A DNA stretch of 64,000 nucleotides from Eledone cirrhosa (lineage: Eukaryota): contig OZ024741.1 in the NCBI GenBank assembly GCA_964016885.1, positions 219,604,001 through 219,668,000 on the forward strand. The letters run 5' to 3'. Under the pieces are notes generated by a model, which made no database searches, was not told the DNA's origin, and worked only from the letters and a program-made list of their open reading frames with translations. Position numbers and translations under genes: made by a program. Positions 11,669 to 25,899 of the stretch are shown here, piece by piece; position 1 is the first letter of the stretch; each line of letters opens with the position of its first letter.

Positions 11669-12905
11669 TTAAATATTAGTGTTTAACTATTATTGTGGTC
11701 AGGTCTGCCATAGCCAGTCCCAAGCCCAGTTGAGAAGGGAAAAGGGCTGGCCATTGGGTTGAGATACTATCTAAAAAAAAGTCTAAAGTCCGTCACAAAC
11801 CCAAAGGCTCATCAGGCCAGTGCTTATCCCATTTAACATGGCTTTAAGTGACTGAGAGTACAAGACCTATCCCATTGGACAGGATGCCAGTCGATCATGG
11901 GGTTAAAGTCTGTCCCAAGTCCAGATGCTCATTAGGCCAGTGTTTATCCTGGTTTCTATGGCATGAAGTGACAGAGTATAAGGCTATTCCTGGACAGAAT
12001 GCCAGTCCATCACAGGACTAAACCCCCAGCTAAAATGGTATTAATTTTTTAGAATTGAGTATATGTAATAGAGCAATGTGAAATGAAGTGTTTTGTTAAA
12101 GAACACAACACACAACCTAGTCCAGGAATTGAACACATGACATTAGGATCATAAGTCCAACACCCTTACCACCAGGTCACACACCACCTCTGCTACCTTT
12201 ATTATCCCCATCACCACCATTTGACAGTATCAGTAAAGTGTTAAACAACATGCTTTGTGGTATATTGTTACAGTTCTTTACCATTTGAGTTCAAATCCTG
12301 CCAAGGTTAACTTTACCTTTCATTCTCACAGGGACGATAAGATAAGGTACCAGTAACACACTGGGGTTGGTTTAAATGTTTTGTTAAAGAACACAACACA
12401 CAACCTAGTCCAGGAATGAAACCCACAACATTATGATCGTAAGTCCAACACCCTTACCACTAAGCCATGAGGTAGCATGGTTGTGAGAAAAGCTGATCAA
12501 TGAATTTGATGATGTAAAGAACAAGAGATCAATAGTGGCTTGGATGTCTTCTGGTTAAAGAAGGTCTGTGAAGCTAACTGGTGAAAACAGGCAAGGTTGT
12601 CCAAGGTTGTCCAGATGGCAGGACGACATCACAGACAAGTGTGGGTGGTACATCCTCCGGACATCTGCTATCAGATGGGTACATAAATAGTTCCAATGAC
12701 AAAGGAGGATGTGTAAAGTCATCAATAACAGCAGGCAGGACATTAAGAAGATTATTATGGACACATTCATTTCAAAATTTCAACTATTTCCAATGCTTCT
12801 TAAGAAAGAAAAAAAGAACAAAAAAGAAACAAACAAACAAAGAAGTAAGAAGGAAAGGAAGAAAGAAAGAAAAGAGAGAATAAAGAATGAAAGAAGGAAA
12901 CTTAC

Positions 12906-13001
12906 TTGTGTCTAAATAACTAACTTTTTTGAAGAGATCCTCGATACCTGTGGCCTTATTCATATCTTCTTTGAGACCTTTGCCAACAGTTTGACCAATA
13001 T
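12906..13001 (-). CDS. Prominin-like protein, coding exon 6
   Basis: TTTTCAAG acceptor, (N)IGQTVGKGLKEDMNKATGIEDLFKKVSYLDT, GTAAG donor. 96 nt, phase 1 to 1. Confidence 0.8.
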
Positions 13002-13559
13002 CTTGAAAAACAAGGTTTAAATAATAAAAAGTCATAGAAGTTATAATTAGTTAAACCTAAAGTTTGTCACACGCCAGGAGCGTCATCAGGTTAGTGTTTA
13101 TCTCGGTCATATTGGTGTTAAGTGACTGAGAGTACAAGACTCCCCTGGGCAAGATGCCTGTCTATCACATGGTTAAAGTCTGTCCCAAGCCCGGAGGCTC
13201 ATTAAGCAGGTGCTTAACCTGGTTAATGTGATGTTAAGTGACTAAGAGTACACCAGTCCATCATGGGGTTAAAGTCTGCCCGGTGCTTATCCTGGTTAAC
13301 GTGGCATTAAGCGACTAAGAGTACAATTCTCCCTCTATGAACAGAGTGTCAGTCCCTCACAGGGTTAAACCCCCAGCTACTGATGGTACTCATTTTCAGC
13401 TGAGTATACTGGAGCAACGGGAAATTAAGTGTTTTGCTCAAGAACACAACACAACCTGGTCCAGGAATCAAACTCAAGTAACATGCATTTCTCCTTATTG
13501 ATATATTATAATTGTTTCTACTTTATGCACAAGGGCAGCAATTTTGGGGGAGGAGAATG

Positions 13560-14100
13560 TCTTGGTAAACACCTCAGACACAAACCCAAAATACGTTTCA
13601 GGGATGTCAAAGGCAATCTGAAGACACTTGGTATTAGTGTTGAGGATTTGGAAGATGAAGCAGAGAGTAGATCTGGTTGGAGAAGTCTGGTTTATGATGG
13701 TTGTAATTGTTTTGAGGTTCAAAGGATAGAACATTTGGTGTTTAAAAGAGCACTCAGAAAAGGTGATATAGATTAAGTCACAGAGGATATCTGGTTGGAG
13801 CATGTCTGTAACATCTGCTGACAGGTTGTTCTTTCTCATGCCAGGTTTGCTAGTCATTTAAGAGCTCACAGCAATCAGCAGTCTGGGTCTGGTTATTTTG
13901 GTCTGCAGGGTATTTGTGTCAGTTTTGTAACAAAGTCTAATGGTCTGCTGCTGGACTCAAGCACCAACATGTGAGTATATATTGTGTAAGTTACATTTGA
14001 GACTGTCCATGAGCCTTATGTATGTGTCACATCTGTAACACAGTGTCCAGAAGTGAGGCAGGTTTGTTGAGTCATTTTCAGACTCATGGCCGGTCAGGAC
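13560..14100 (+). mobile_element. Degenerate RTE/BovB-like LINE 3' end with C2H2-like fingers
   Basis: KPKIRFRDVKGNLK...AESRSGWRSLV followed by decayed CxxC...H motifs. Similar to 29427-30360. Confidence 0.55.
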
Positions 14101-14537
14101 AATGTTGAAGAGATAGCCCTGTTCTGTAAAGAAGTAGCAAAATCAGCAGAGGTCTTTCCATTCCATGTGACTGACTGTGTCATAGACCATAAAATATGGT
14201 TAGCTGATTAATCTAGTTTAATAAGTCAGACGAGAATGAGTTAATTAAAATGTCAGACACACAGCTGGAGCTATAGGATCTTAAAAGTACATCTCACTGA
14301 TTGTTAATGACACACATCACTGAATTAAAGGCAACCAATGGTGTGATCAACATTAATATGATAGCCGTAGTAAGGTTCATTTATGCTTTATGCACAGCTA
14401 ATGAAGCACGAAGAAATGTTATTGACGGAAGATAATGACTTTTATGAATAATTAATTTATGTCATGTAATCTTTGTTTTGCTTTCTCCCTTGGCACACCA
14501 AAATTATTCTTACTGGATTAAAATAATAAACTAATAC

Positions 14538-15998
14538 CTTATTGCTAGTGAGACAACTACAAGAGAAGTTCCTAGCTAAGAGTAAGCCTCTATATCTGGC
14601 TTTTATTGATCTAGAGAAAGCATTTGACAGAGTACCATGATCTGTCATCTGGTGGTCCTTAACCCTTTAGCATATCCAGTCAGAATTCTCTCACCTCTTT
14701 CTGTTCAAACTGGCTGTAACTGGCCACTTATAGTGATGTTGAGGTATTGTTCTCAAAATAATATCAAAATCTTATAGATTCGATATTATGTGAGATAATT
14801 ATGTGAAGTAAAGCCTTTATGTGAAAATACAATAGTAAATATAGAGTAATGTAAATGCTGAAGGGTTAAGAAAAATGTGTGTAGAAGAATGGCTATGTGA
14901 GCAGTGCAAGCCATGTATGGAGGAAATGCCGGTAACATGAGAGTAGAAGTGAGTTTAGCAAGGAATTCAAAGTACAGGTATGAGTGCATCAAGGCTTGTT
15001 TCTCAGCCGACTTCTGATCTCATTGGAGAAATGGCTTTGCTTGATATACAGAAAAGGCCTAGGTAGAAACTCTCTACTATGTACACAATGCAAATATTGG
15101 GTATACAAGAGGTGTAGCAGAATAGCAAATAAACTAACAGTACAGGAAGACTTTGTATGTAATAGATGTTTGGGGAAAAGTGATAGTAAGAGTGTCAGTG
15201 ATATACACCTTTTTCAATCCCAGGTAAGATCCATAGCTTTTGCTATCTAGGCGACCTAATTAGAAGTGGAGGTGAGTGCTCCAGGAGCAGATTAGCTAGA
15301 GTAAAAATGGGATGGAAGAAGTTTACTACCTCTGTTGAACAAAAGGTTTCTCGCTACGAATGAAAGGTCTGCTGTATGATGCCTCAATGTGATTATTACT
15401 TGCATCATATTGAAACATAGCCAGTTACTGTTGAGGATATACATAAGCTGGAGTAAGGCCTCCAAAATAATTTTGCAAGGTGGTACAATACCACTTTGGG
15501 GCCCAAAGCAGGCAAAGATTTTTCTCAAAATGGATGGTGCATGGTTGCTGTGGGGCCTTGTTAGCTCTGGGGCCCCAGAACAAAGTACCGGCTGGATCCC
15601 CCTCTCATAGGCCATGGAGAGAAATGAACTGAGCATGTTTTGTCGGATGTGCAATGTCAATGTGCATAAATGACAAAGAATGGATGAACTCAGAGAGAAA
15701 CTAAGTATAAGAGGAATCAGTTGCTGTGGGCAGGAGAGATAACTGTGCTGGTTTGGACATACGATCTGCACGGATGATGATCAGTGGCTGAAGTAATGCC
15801 AAGAAATTCCAGTGTAAGGAAGTCGCAGTAGAGGAAGACGAAGGAAGACCTGGGTAGAAGTCATGAGAACTGATCTCAAATCTTTGAAGGTCACAAAAAA
15901 GATAAAGAACTGTGTTGAATGGAGGGATGCTGTGTTGAAAGGGACACATCCAACCCATGCAAGCATGATAAAGCTGATGTAAAATGATGATGATGATG
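14538..15998 (+). mobile_element. Degenerate, fragmented copy of the PHD-bearing RTE family
   Basis: LLVRQLQEKFLAKSKPLYLAFIDLEKAFDRVP and RKGLGRNSLLCTQCKYWVYKRCS match the 2030-5149 ORF. Ends in (GAT)n. Confidence 0.85.
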
Positions 15999-17021
15999 AT
16001 ATATATGTACATTGTATCTCAACTATCTTTCTATTTCTTCTTCTATCACACATTCTATTATCTGATGAAGGACTAACATCTGAAACATTAAGAATCTTTT
16101 ACTATTGTATCAAATGTTAAACTAATATGTTTTCATTGTAGTGTATTGTTCTCCATACCAATTCCTTAGGCAACCTCACATCTCCCATCTATCTTTAAAT
16201 GCCCTACCCAATGCACTTGGTTTCGAATGAGTAGTTTTCCTAAGCTGGGTGTATTGGCCTGCTGCAGACCAACTATATCAGGTGTAAATGACTGCCATTT
16301 AATTTTCACAATCCACCTTAGGCTTTTTTGGTGGAATCTTTCCAATGTCTTGATATGATGTTGGTATGTGGTCCAAGTCTAAGAAGACTACAAGAGAGCT
16401 GTCAGGACATGGGGTAGTGCCAAACAAGATGCCTCTGTCTGATCAGACCTGTCCCTCCATCCTACCAAATGCTTTACTGAATTTTTTTTTATCTTTAATT
16501 CGATTTTGGATATAAAAAGAACCATCTCTGGAGAGAGGACTACCAAGGTAGACAAATATATCAACAAACTTTCAAACTCTGACCCTGAACAAAGAGGTTG
16601 GGCTCGGTGTAATGTTGCTCAGGAGATGGTGTGTACATGATCTTGGTCTTTTCTGTGTTGATAGTATGCCCCAAAACAGTGCATGCCACAGAAATGGAAA
16701 AAACAATGGAAAAAACAATGGAAAAAACAATGGAAAAACAGATAGTCACATCTCATCACTTTTCTAAAAAATAAATCATACACAAAACGCCAGCACCAAT
16801 GATGTCAACATGAATGGACCTGTTATTTTTATCTAAATACATTTTTTCCAATTCCATCCTGCCCGTCCCCTCAATCTATCTTATTTCTCATTCTTTTTTC
16901 TGATGAAGGACTAGTGTCCATAACGTTAAGACCCTCTTCCTGCTATATCAAGCGTTAACCTAATATATCCCTTCCATATACTGTACCGATTGTGTTGTTA
17001 TTTCTGTTTACCTTTTACATG

Positions 17022-17079
<58 letters not shown>

Positions 17080-17082
<3 letters not shown>

Positions 17083-17575
17083 CAAAGGCGCTGTGTGCAG
17101 AAGACTTGCATAGATTATAGATTGGAAAGAAGTGAAGCTTGTATGCTCCAATGGATATGTAATAGTAATATATGAGAAGGGTGAAGCATAAATGAACTGA
17201 GAGAGAAACTAGACATAAGAGGATTCAAATGCTGTGTGCAGGAGAGGAGACTATGTTGATATGGACATGTGATGCGTATGAAAGATGACAGCTGTATAAA
17301 AAGGTGCAGAGCTCTCAAAATCGATGAAAGCCTTGAAGTGGTGAGACCCAGGAGACTTGGGATGAGGTGATAAAAGCTGACCTTGCCCAATTGCACCTCT
17401 CAAAAGTGATGACACAGGACAGAGATCTCTGGCATTATGCAGTAATACAGAAGACCTGACTTCCCATGGGCACAGGCTGAAGTATGCATCCAGTGAAGAC
17501 CCCAGCCTACATTGTAAAGTGGTCATGATGGTGACACAGCAAAAAGCACCCAGGCTACTCAGTAAAGTGGTCGTG
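17080..17575 (+). mobile_element. RTE family 3' fragment
   Basis: RLERSEACMLQWICNSNI...CCVQERRL, matching the intact ORF C-terminus and 3' UTR. Confidence 0.8.
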
Positions 17576-17585
17576 TATATATATA

Positions 17586-19160
17586 TAGTGAAAAAGTGAA
17601 GAATAACATGGTCAACAGTACAAAAATGGTTTTATTTACAGCATTAACAATTGTTTCATTGATTAGGATGTCTAAAGATTGCTAATCACTCGAAGTTGTG
17701 TCACTCAATCTTAAATGCAATGTATGCCTAATCAAATCATCGGAATAACTGACAAAATTACACTCAATGTTTGTATTTATTCTGTGGAGAATTCAAATAA
17801 CAACATCAATAATAAAGAAAGAAAAAGAAAAAGAAAAAGAAAAAGAAAAAGAAAAAGAAAAAGAAAAAGAAAAAGAAAAAGAAAAAATAATAATAAAGAA
17901 GTTAGAATGAAGATGATAAAAAATAAGTAAAAAAAAAAAATATATACGTGAAAAAAATATATGAACATAATATGATTGTTGAAAATAGTAGTGGTGGTGG
18001 TGGTGGTGGTGGTTAAAGTTATAGTGGTGTGTAAGTATAAAGATGTGATGAGGGTAGGAATATTATTAATATGAAAATAAATATTAAATATATACATATG
18101 TATTAGTTAAGTCACAGATAGTTAGAGTAGGAAGAAAGAATATAATTATAAATAACATATAAAAGATAAATTAATAAATTAGAAGTTAGGTTAGAGGTTA
18201 AGAGATACAGGATAGGATACAAGGGAGGAGGTGAAATAGTTTTAGGGGGGGAGAGTGAAAGAAATTGAAAGAAAGTGAAAGAAAGGTTAGGAGGTTTATG
18301 GTGTTGATTTAGTGATTAGTTGGTCTGTTGACTGTTAATAATAGTGGGTTGCTATGTAGTTATTATAATAGACTCTGGGTGGTTCAGCTAGAGTTATGGG
18401 ATTGTTGGATCGAATCATGTTGGTTTGAAATTTGCGAATTTAGTAGCTGCTTTGTGCCTACTAAATTTATTACTTTATCTTTTATATGTTATTTATAATT
18501 ATATTCTTTCTTCCTACTCTAACTATCTGTGACTTAACCAATACATATGTATATATTTAATATTTATTTTCATATTAATAATATTCCTACCCTCATCACA
18601 TCTTTATACTTACACACCACTATAACTTTAACTACCACCACCACCACCACCACTATTTTCAACAATCATATTATGTTCATATATTTTTTCACGTATATAT
18701 ATATATTTACTTATTTTTATCATCTTCATTCTAACTTCTTTCTTATTATTTTTTTCTTTTTCTTTCTTTATTATTGATGTTGTTATTTGAATTCTCCGTA
18801 GAATAAATACAAACATCGAGTGTAATTTTGTCAGTTATTCCGATGATTTGATTAGGCATACACTGTATTTAAGATTGAGTGACACAACTTCGAATGATTA
18901 GCAATCTTTAGACATCCTAATCAATGAAACAATTGTTAATACTGTAAATAAAACCCTTTTTGTACTGTTGACCATGTTATTCTTCACTCTTTCACTACTA
19001 TTACTCCAAGATTAACCTGCATAGGAATTCCCGTGAACTCGCCACCTAACTAAGGAAACCTCTTGTTGAGTCAAACAATGCCGTACGTTAAAACTACCCA
19101 CAGTACAGAGTACTCACAACCTCTAACTGGATTACCTATAACTATAATTTGTTATCCCAT
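17586..19160. mobile_element. PLE-derived fold-back with ~550-bp inverted arms carrying a hammerhead-like motif
   Basis: Arms at 17586-18181 and 18461-18997, (TA)n flanks, and a ~160-bp unpaired extension. Confidence 0.8.
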
Positions 19161-19164
19161 ATAT

Positions 19165-20915
19165 ATCATCATCATCATCATCATCATCAACGTTTAACGT
19201 CCATGTTCCATGCTTGCATGGGTTTGGACGGGGGTAGTCCCACTTGAGGCAAGAGTGATTGTCTTGCTCGCATAGGACTGTCTGGCAGGTTTTCTACAGT
19301 TGGATGCCCTTCCTAACACCAACCACATTTACAGTGTGGGTCTGGGAGGTTTTTACCGTGTTGCCTACACGGCCACATTACAGCGTGGACTGTGTGTTTT
19401 TTTGTCGTGACACCTACACAATCTCATTTGTTTCGGCCTGGATGGCGCGGCACCAACATAACTTTACATAGAACGGGGTGGTGTGGATGGGGTGGGGGTG
19501 GTGGTGGTGGGACGGGGTGTATTTTGTTAGAGATGCCTACTGGCTGGAGTAGGTTTTACTATATATTTAGGTAAGGCGGGTCTTCTCTGTTACTGAGTAC
19601 CGCCAAAGGTCTCGGTCCAGTGACATTGTCTTGGAGAGGTGTAAGTGTGTGATGTCGGAGTTTATCAGCTCGTCCCAGGTTTTTCTAGGTCTGCCTATTC
19701 CGTGACTACCGTCTATCTTTATCGCCCTGCACTTTGTTATACAGCTATCGACTTTCATGCGCATCACGTATATATATATATATATATAAAAGAAATATAT
19801 ATATATATATATTATTTCATGACCCTCCCAAAATATAACAATACATATATATATTTAGTAATAATAAATGTGAAGACTAAAATCCGAAAATGGCTCAATA
19901 AGGATTATATATATATATATAATATCTTCATCATTATCATTGTTTATCGTATATCGTCCACACTAGCATGGGTTAGACGGGAATTGTCCCACTTAAGGCA
20001 AGATTGATTGGGTGACCGTGTATCTAGCAGGTTTTCTACGGTTGGATGCTCTTCCTAATACCAACCACATTTACAGTGTGGACTGGGAGCCTTTTTACTG
20101 TGTCTCCTACACAACCACTTTACAGTGTGGACTGGATGCTTTTTGTCATGACACCTACACGACCACTTTAGTGTGGACTGGATGTTCTGTGGTACCAACA
20201 TAACTTCACAGAGAAAGGGTGGTGTTGGTGGGAGTGGGAGTAGTTGAGTAGGGGTAGTGGGTTGGGGTGTATATTTGGTTAAGAGGGGCCTACTGACTGT
20301 AGGTTAACTTTGTATGTAAGAGAAGGTGGGACTTCTGTATTACTGCATAGCGCCAAAGGTCTCGATCCAGAGACATTGTCTTAGAGAGGTGTAAGTGTGC
20401 AAGGTCAGATTTTATCATGTCGTCCCAGGTTTTTCTTGGTCTAGCTACTCCATAACTTCCATCAATTTTGATTGCCCTGCACTTTTTTATACAACTGTTG
20501 TCTTTCATACACATCACATGACCATACCAATGTAATCTCCTCTCTAGTAGACTGCAACTGATCCCTCTTATTCCTAATTTATCACTTTGTTTAATGATTT
20601 GCCGTATGTGTATATTACTATTACACATCCAACAGAGCATGCATGCTTCATTCCTTTCCAATCTGTGCAGGTCCTCTGCACACAATGCCCATGTCTCACT
20701 GCCATGTAACATTACTGTTCATATACAAGCATCATATAATCTGTCTTTCATTTTTAGAGAAACACCTTTTGTGGCCAACAGCGGTATTAGCTCTGAACTT
20801 TTTTCATCCTGTTCTAACTCTGGCTACTGTACTTTCAGAGCACCCTCCTCCACTGCTGATTTTGTCACTCAGGTCACAGAAAGTGTTTACTATTTCTATA
20901 GAGCCATCTGGACGA
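19165..20915 (-). mobile_element. Two 5'-truncated RTE family copies (19165-19767 and 19930-20915)
   Basis: MLHGSETWAL...RLHWYGHV...RPRKTWD, with the shared 3' UTR and (GAT)n tail. Confidence 0.85.
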
Positions 20916-21275
20916 GAATGCAAGCACTCTTCTTTATTTCATATAAAAACCCGCAAAGCAAATATCAATTATAAGTACCGATTAAAGTTTTCAGCCTTTA
21001 CGGGATCTTCATCCCATAAAGGGTGAAAGCAGCAATTCTTTGCTTAAACTTTAATCTCTACTTATAATATGATGATCATCATCATCAATTAACGTTTATC
21101 TTCCATGGTAGCATACACAGAGAGAGAGACATACACACATGCACACAGGCACACACATACACACGCACACATATGTATATATAGAGGGAGAGATGGGTGA
21201 AATTTTGTAGCATTTTTGTATAAAAAAAAAAAGAAGAATGTGGCTGTTAGAGGCCCTCGAAATAAGCTTACTTAC

Positions 21276-21342
21276 TCTGTAACTCTGTGATGATGGCGTC
21301 CATGAGTAGGGTTTCAGTTTTATTGCTAAGATATTGTACTTG
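21276..21342 (-). CDS. Prominin-like protein, coding exon 5
   Basis: Polypyrimidine tract plus TAG, QVQYLSNKTETLLMDAIITELQ, GTAAGT. 67 nt, phase 0 to 1, bridging exons 4 and 6. Confidence 0.8.
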
Positions 21343-21740
21343 CTAATAAGAAAAATAAAGAAAAACTGCATGTGAACAAATGGAAAAGAAGCAACTACAA
21401 AAAACAGTCAATATAACTATAACAATAGGTGAACAAACTACCTGCATCAGGTGTTAGCTGTTGGGACACTGCATCCTTTAAAACCTCCATGCTTCTTGAA
21501 ATTCGCCAACACTACACCTGATATCCCCCTCCATACACATGCACACATGTATATCATGACTCATACACTGTTCACTTTCCTCACATTTGTACATTAATCT
21601 ATGTACCTTTGGTGAGTTGTAGTGTACCTGAACATTGTACACAATAAATAGTAATGATAACAAACCAAATAAAACAATAACGAAAGTTAACTGCAGTAAT
21701 TCCAGGAAAAATACCATCATCATCATCATCATTATTATTA

Positions 21741-22198
21741 AGGCTGGTGGATTGGCAGAATCGGTAGAGCATCGGACAAAATGTTTAGCAGTATTTAGTT
21801 ATGGTCCTTTATGTACTGAGTTCAAATCTTGCCGAGGATAGCTTTGCCTTTCATCCTTATGGGGTCGATAAAATAAAGTACCAGTAATGCAATGGCGTCA
21901 TTTAATTGATTTTCCCCTCCCCGCAAATTGCTAGCCTTGTGCCTAAATCTGAAACCATTATTATTATATGGTGGATTGGCAATATTGGTAGAGTTTCGGG
22001 CAACATGCTTTGTGATATACAGGTACAGCCCTTTATGTTCTGAGTTCAAATCCCGCCAAGGTTAGCTTTGCCTTTCATCCTTTTGGAGTTGATAAAATAA
22101 AGTATCAGTAATGTACTGGGGTCGATTTAATCAACTTTCGCCTCCCCCCAAAATTGTTGGTCTTTTGTCTAAATCAGAAACCATTATTATTATTATTA
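21741..22198 (+). mobile_element. Two tandem tRNA-derived OR-type SINEs
   Basis: A-box-like TGGCAGAATCGG, B-box GAGTTCAAATC, core and (ATT)n tails. Further copies near 12225-12370, 24995-25108, 32800-32998, 35978-36152, 41195-41250 and 47815-47941. Confidence 0.8.
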
Positions 22199-22979
22199 GA
22201 TATGGTAATCTATTTTATAAAAGGAGTTCCTTTTAGAAATTCTTCTTGGAAGAGTTATGGGGGCAGAATACTCAGACAGGCTTTCCATAGGGTCCTATCA
22301 GAAACAACTGTCACTAATTAATCCAGCTGACTTCCCAAGCAAAACCAGTATCAGATCTGTGATCTCTTATTTCAGAGAAGTAGTAACTTCACCTGGAGCA
22401 ACTTCCTGATCTCTGAGCTACACACTCTATCAAGTAACGTTACTCCAAAGACCCTTCAAATGATCCCCATTTCGGCTGCTTGTATTTGGAATCTTGTTCT
22501 TTTGGTCATTACCCAAAATTCATGACCATAGTAAAGGGTTGGCATGAATACCAAATTGAAGAAAGTGAGTTTGGATTTTATACCTACAAGGATGGGTTTC
22601 CTCTAACAGAAGCGAGAAGGTCCTGCATTGAATTGGATTGGAATGAAAAAGATTAATTATTGAAGAATTTTAAGGGGCTTACTAAAATTATTGGCTGTTT
22701 CATTACTAAAATAATAATTTAACATGATTCTTATATAAAATTATGTCAGAATATTTTAACCCTATGAAATGGAGGATTTTTTTTATAAAACTAGAGCTGG
22801 TTTTGGCCAGATTAGTTTGAAAAGAAAAAATTATTGAAGAATTTTAAGGGACTTACTAAAATTATTGATTATTTCATTACTAAGATAATAATTTAACTAT
22901 CAGAATATTTTAACCCTATAAAATGGATGATTTTGTTTCATAGAACCAGTGTCAGTTTTGGCCAGATTGGCTTACTTAC

Positions 22980-23100
22980 CACTAATAATTTATCAATTTG
23001 ATAATCAGCAAATGACAGAGTCTTGTCTATTGTGTTTGGTATGGTTGTCAGATTTTTCTCTAACTGAGTTACACAAGCCAGCATAAAGGCAGCACCAGTA
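22980..23100 (-). CDS. Prominin-like protein, coding exon 4
   Basis: CACAG acceptor, (T)TGAAFMLACVTQLEKNLTTIPNTIDKTLSFADYQIDKLLV, GTAAGT donor. 121 nt, phase 2 to 0. Confidence 0.85.
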
Positions 23101-23559
23101 CTGTGGGGGGGATATTAAAAAACATAATACAATTTAATAGAAAAACAAAAAAGAAAATTTAGAATTAGAAGAAATAATGGAATGTAAAATAAGAAAATAG
23201 AAAAAATAAAAATAGAAAAGGAACGGAAAGTCAAGGGCTCTAGTAACACAGAAGAATGGGAAAGCAGAGGGCGATGGTGATTTGGCTCTGGGCCTAGGGT
23301 GTCACGGTATGGAGCTGCAAAAGCATTCACACGGACAATGGCCAGCAACACTCACTGCAACAGCCACCCCACCTCACAGGGCTCCTTCTTCAAACTGGCC
23401 GCTGATGTTTCAATCTACAGTTTACAGATAACATTGGAACTTTTGTGTTGTTGAATAATTATACACCCATTTCCATATTAACAAAGTAACAACAGAAATA
23501 TAAAGATTCTTCATCTGCTATACATACATACATATATATATATATATACATACACACAT

Positions 23560-25345
23560 CAAATTAAGACTGATACAATACACTACCAGAAAGGCATCTT
23601 TCAGGGTGATAGCTTGTCAGTACTGCTCTTCATTCTATCACTAAACAAAGTGGTCATGGAAGTGGGTCCAGAAGTATCTCTCATCTTTTCTTTGTTGATG
23701 ACCTGAAGTTGTATGGGTCAAATACCAACTATATCAAAAAACAATTGGACCTCAATACACAATTTTCTGCAGACATCAGAATGAAATTTGGTGAGACCAA
23801 ATGTGCATATTTGACAATAAAACGTGGAAGGTTGTGCCCTCCACTGGAAATCGCAAGATGAATGACTTGACAATACAACCTCTACAGTCAGGTGACAACT
23901 ACAGATATCTTGGACAGGATGAGAATGTCAGATATGATGGACCCATAAATAAGGAGAGGACCAGAACTGAATACCTCAGAAAAGTAAAGAAAATATGGTC
24001 ATCAGAATTGTCAGCGTACAACAAATACATTGCCCACAATGCTTATGCTGGGCCAATCCTAATGCCAACATTTGGTCTGCTGAACTGGTCATTACAAGAA
24101 CTAAATGAGATGGATGTAAGAACTTGCAAGTTTCTCAGTGTTATTGGAAACTTTAACACCAATGGTGATATGGATAGGCTATACTTCTCACGCAAGGAAG
24201 GTGGCCGGGGTCTAAAATCCATATTAACATCATTCAAGACCTGAATAGTAACACGGAAGCAACATCTCCAACAGAAGAAAAAGGGCAGAAACCATCTTGC
24301 CCAGGTCTATGAGGAAATAATATCATTAGGATAGCCATTGATGTGGAGGAGAGATGTGGAATAAAGCCTGATATAAATCTCTCTCGCAGGGAAATTGGAA
24401 GATCCTATTCAATGTTCGAACAAGATAAAAAATGCACCAATTTACAGAGAAAGTTGTGCATGGGTACTTGAGATGAAAGACACAGACCATAGAGGGGATA
24501 AATCATTCAAAAAGCCTGGCATGGAGTTCCGACAAGCTTCTGACATCCAACCTTGAAGGATATCTCTATGCAATACGGGAAAAAGAAATCCCTACCAAAT
24601 ATCTGCAACACAAAAGAGGAGGGCCATCAGTCGACAATAAATGTAAGCTATGTAAAACAAAGATCGAGGATGTAAGCCACATTGTTGCCACCTGTGAAAG
24701 AATGTCATCTCGCTACTACCTCCCCATGAGACACGATGTGATAGAACCATCTGGAGCGCACTTTGGAAAACAAAATTAACAACAAATGAGGAGGAATATG
24801 TTGAAATAGCTGGTACTAAAGAATACTGGTGGAACCTGAAAACAAAAGCTGCCACCAAATTAAAGCACAACCGGCCTGATATTGTTGTTTGGGACGACAC
24901 ATTGAAAATGTGCTCTGTTGTAGAGATCAGCTGCCCACTTGATGTAAACGTTGTAAGAAAAATACAAGAGAAGGAGGACATCTATGAACCCATAGTTCAA
25001 ATCCCGCCGAGGTTGACTTTGCCTTTCATCCTTACGGGGTCGATAAAATAAAGTACCAGTAATGCACTGGGTAATTGCTGGCCTTGTGCCTAAAGTAGAA
25101 ACAATTATTGGAGTTACAAGTTATATACCTACCCAATTAGACCAAAGTATAACTGAACTTGGATTTGTGGACAAAGAGCATAGTTCTCTAATTCATAGAC
25201 TACAAATGGCTGCAATACATGGCACCTTCAAAATTTGCAAAACATTCTTGCAATTCAAAGGATGACAATTTCTTTTCTTTTTCAACCTTGCCACCAGGAA
25301 GGTGGCCGGTCAAAAATGTACTCGAAATTAAGAGAAAGAGAAACA
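23560..25345 (+). mobile_element. Degenerate RLE-type (R4/Dong/HERO-like) LINE, 3' half, with an inserted SINE
   Basis: GIFQGDSLS, FVDDLK, YRYLG, RKEGGRGL, CKLC...H...C, RHD and PDI...E motifs, broken by stops. Ends in (CATA)n. Confidence 0.8.
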
Positions 25346-25369
25346 TACATACATATATACATACATATT

Positions 25370-25406
<37 letters not shown>

Positions 25407-25487
25407 ACATACATATATACACATAATACATAAATACATAATACATACAAAAATACATACATAATACATACATACATATGATTTATG

Positions 25488-25895
25488 TACACCTTCAGAT
25501 TTATGACTATGATTATTGAGGCACTGGGGTATGTTAGTAACTGCCTCAATACAAATTTGAGAAGTTGGCTTCACAGGAACAGAAAGAACACAACTAGTTA
25601 GGAAATTACAAGTACAATCCATTAATGTAACAGTAAAAATATGTAATACATTCCAAACATTTTGCATCTAATAACTACATATACACATGTACAGAAACAA
25701 AGCATATACACATACAACTCAAAACATAGGCATCCACACCTACAATAACATCCATATCTACACATGCATACATAATCTATCTAGTTGATGTGTAAATTCC
25801 AATGAGAGAGTCTTGTGTCTATGTTAAACCGACGCTCTCTCTATTGGTAAACATTTGTGAAATTATAAAACCAGAAGAACATACATACATACATA
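25488..25895 (+). mobile_element. Isolated 3' end of the RLE LINE family, direct repeat of about 28793-29210
   Basis: Close match of ACCTTCAGATTTATG...CCAGAAGAACATACATAC. Confidence 0.85.
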
Positions 25896-25899
25896 CTAT

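Noticed and set aside
21741-21835. tRNA gene
   Set aside because: The A/B boxes belong to a SINE head and continue into SINE core and tail, with no cloverleaf.
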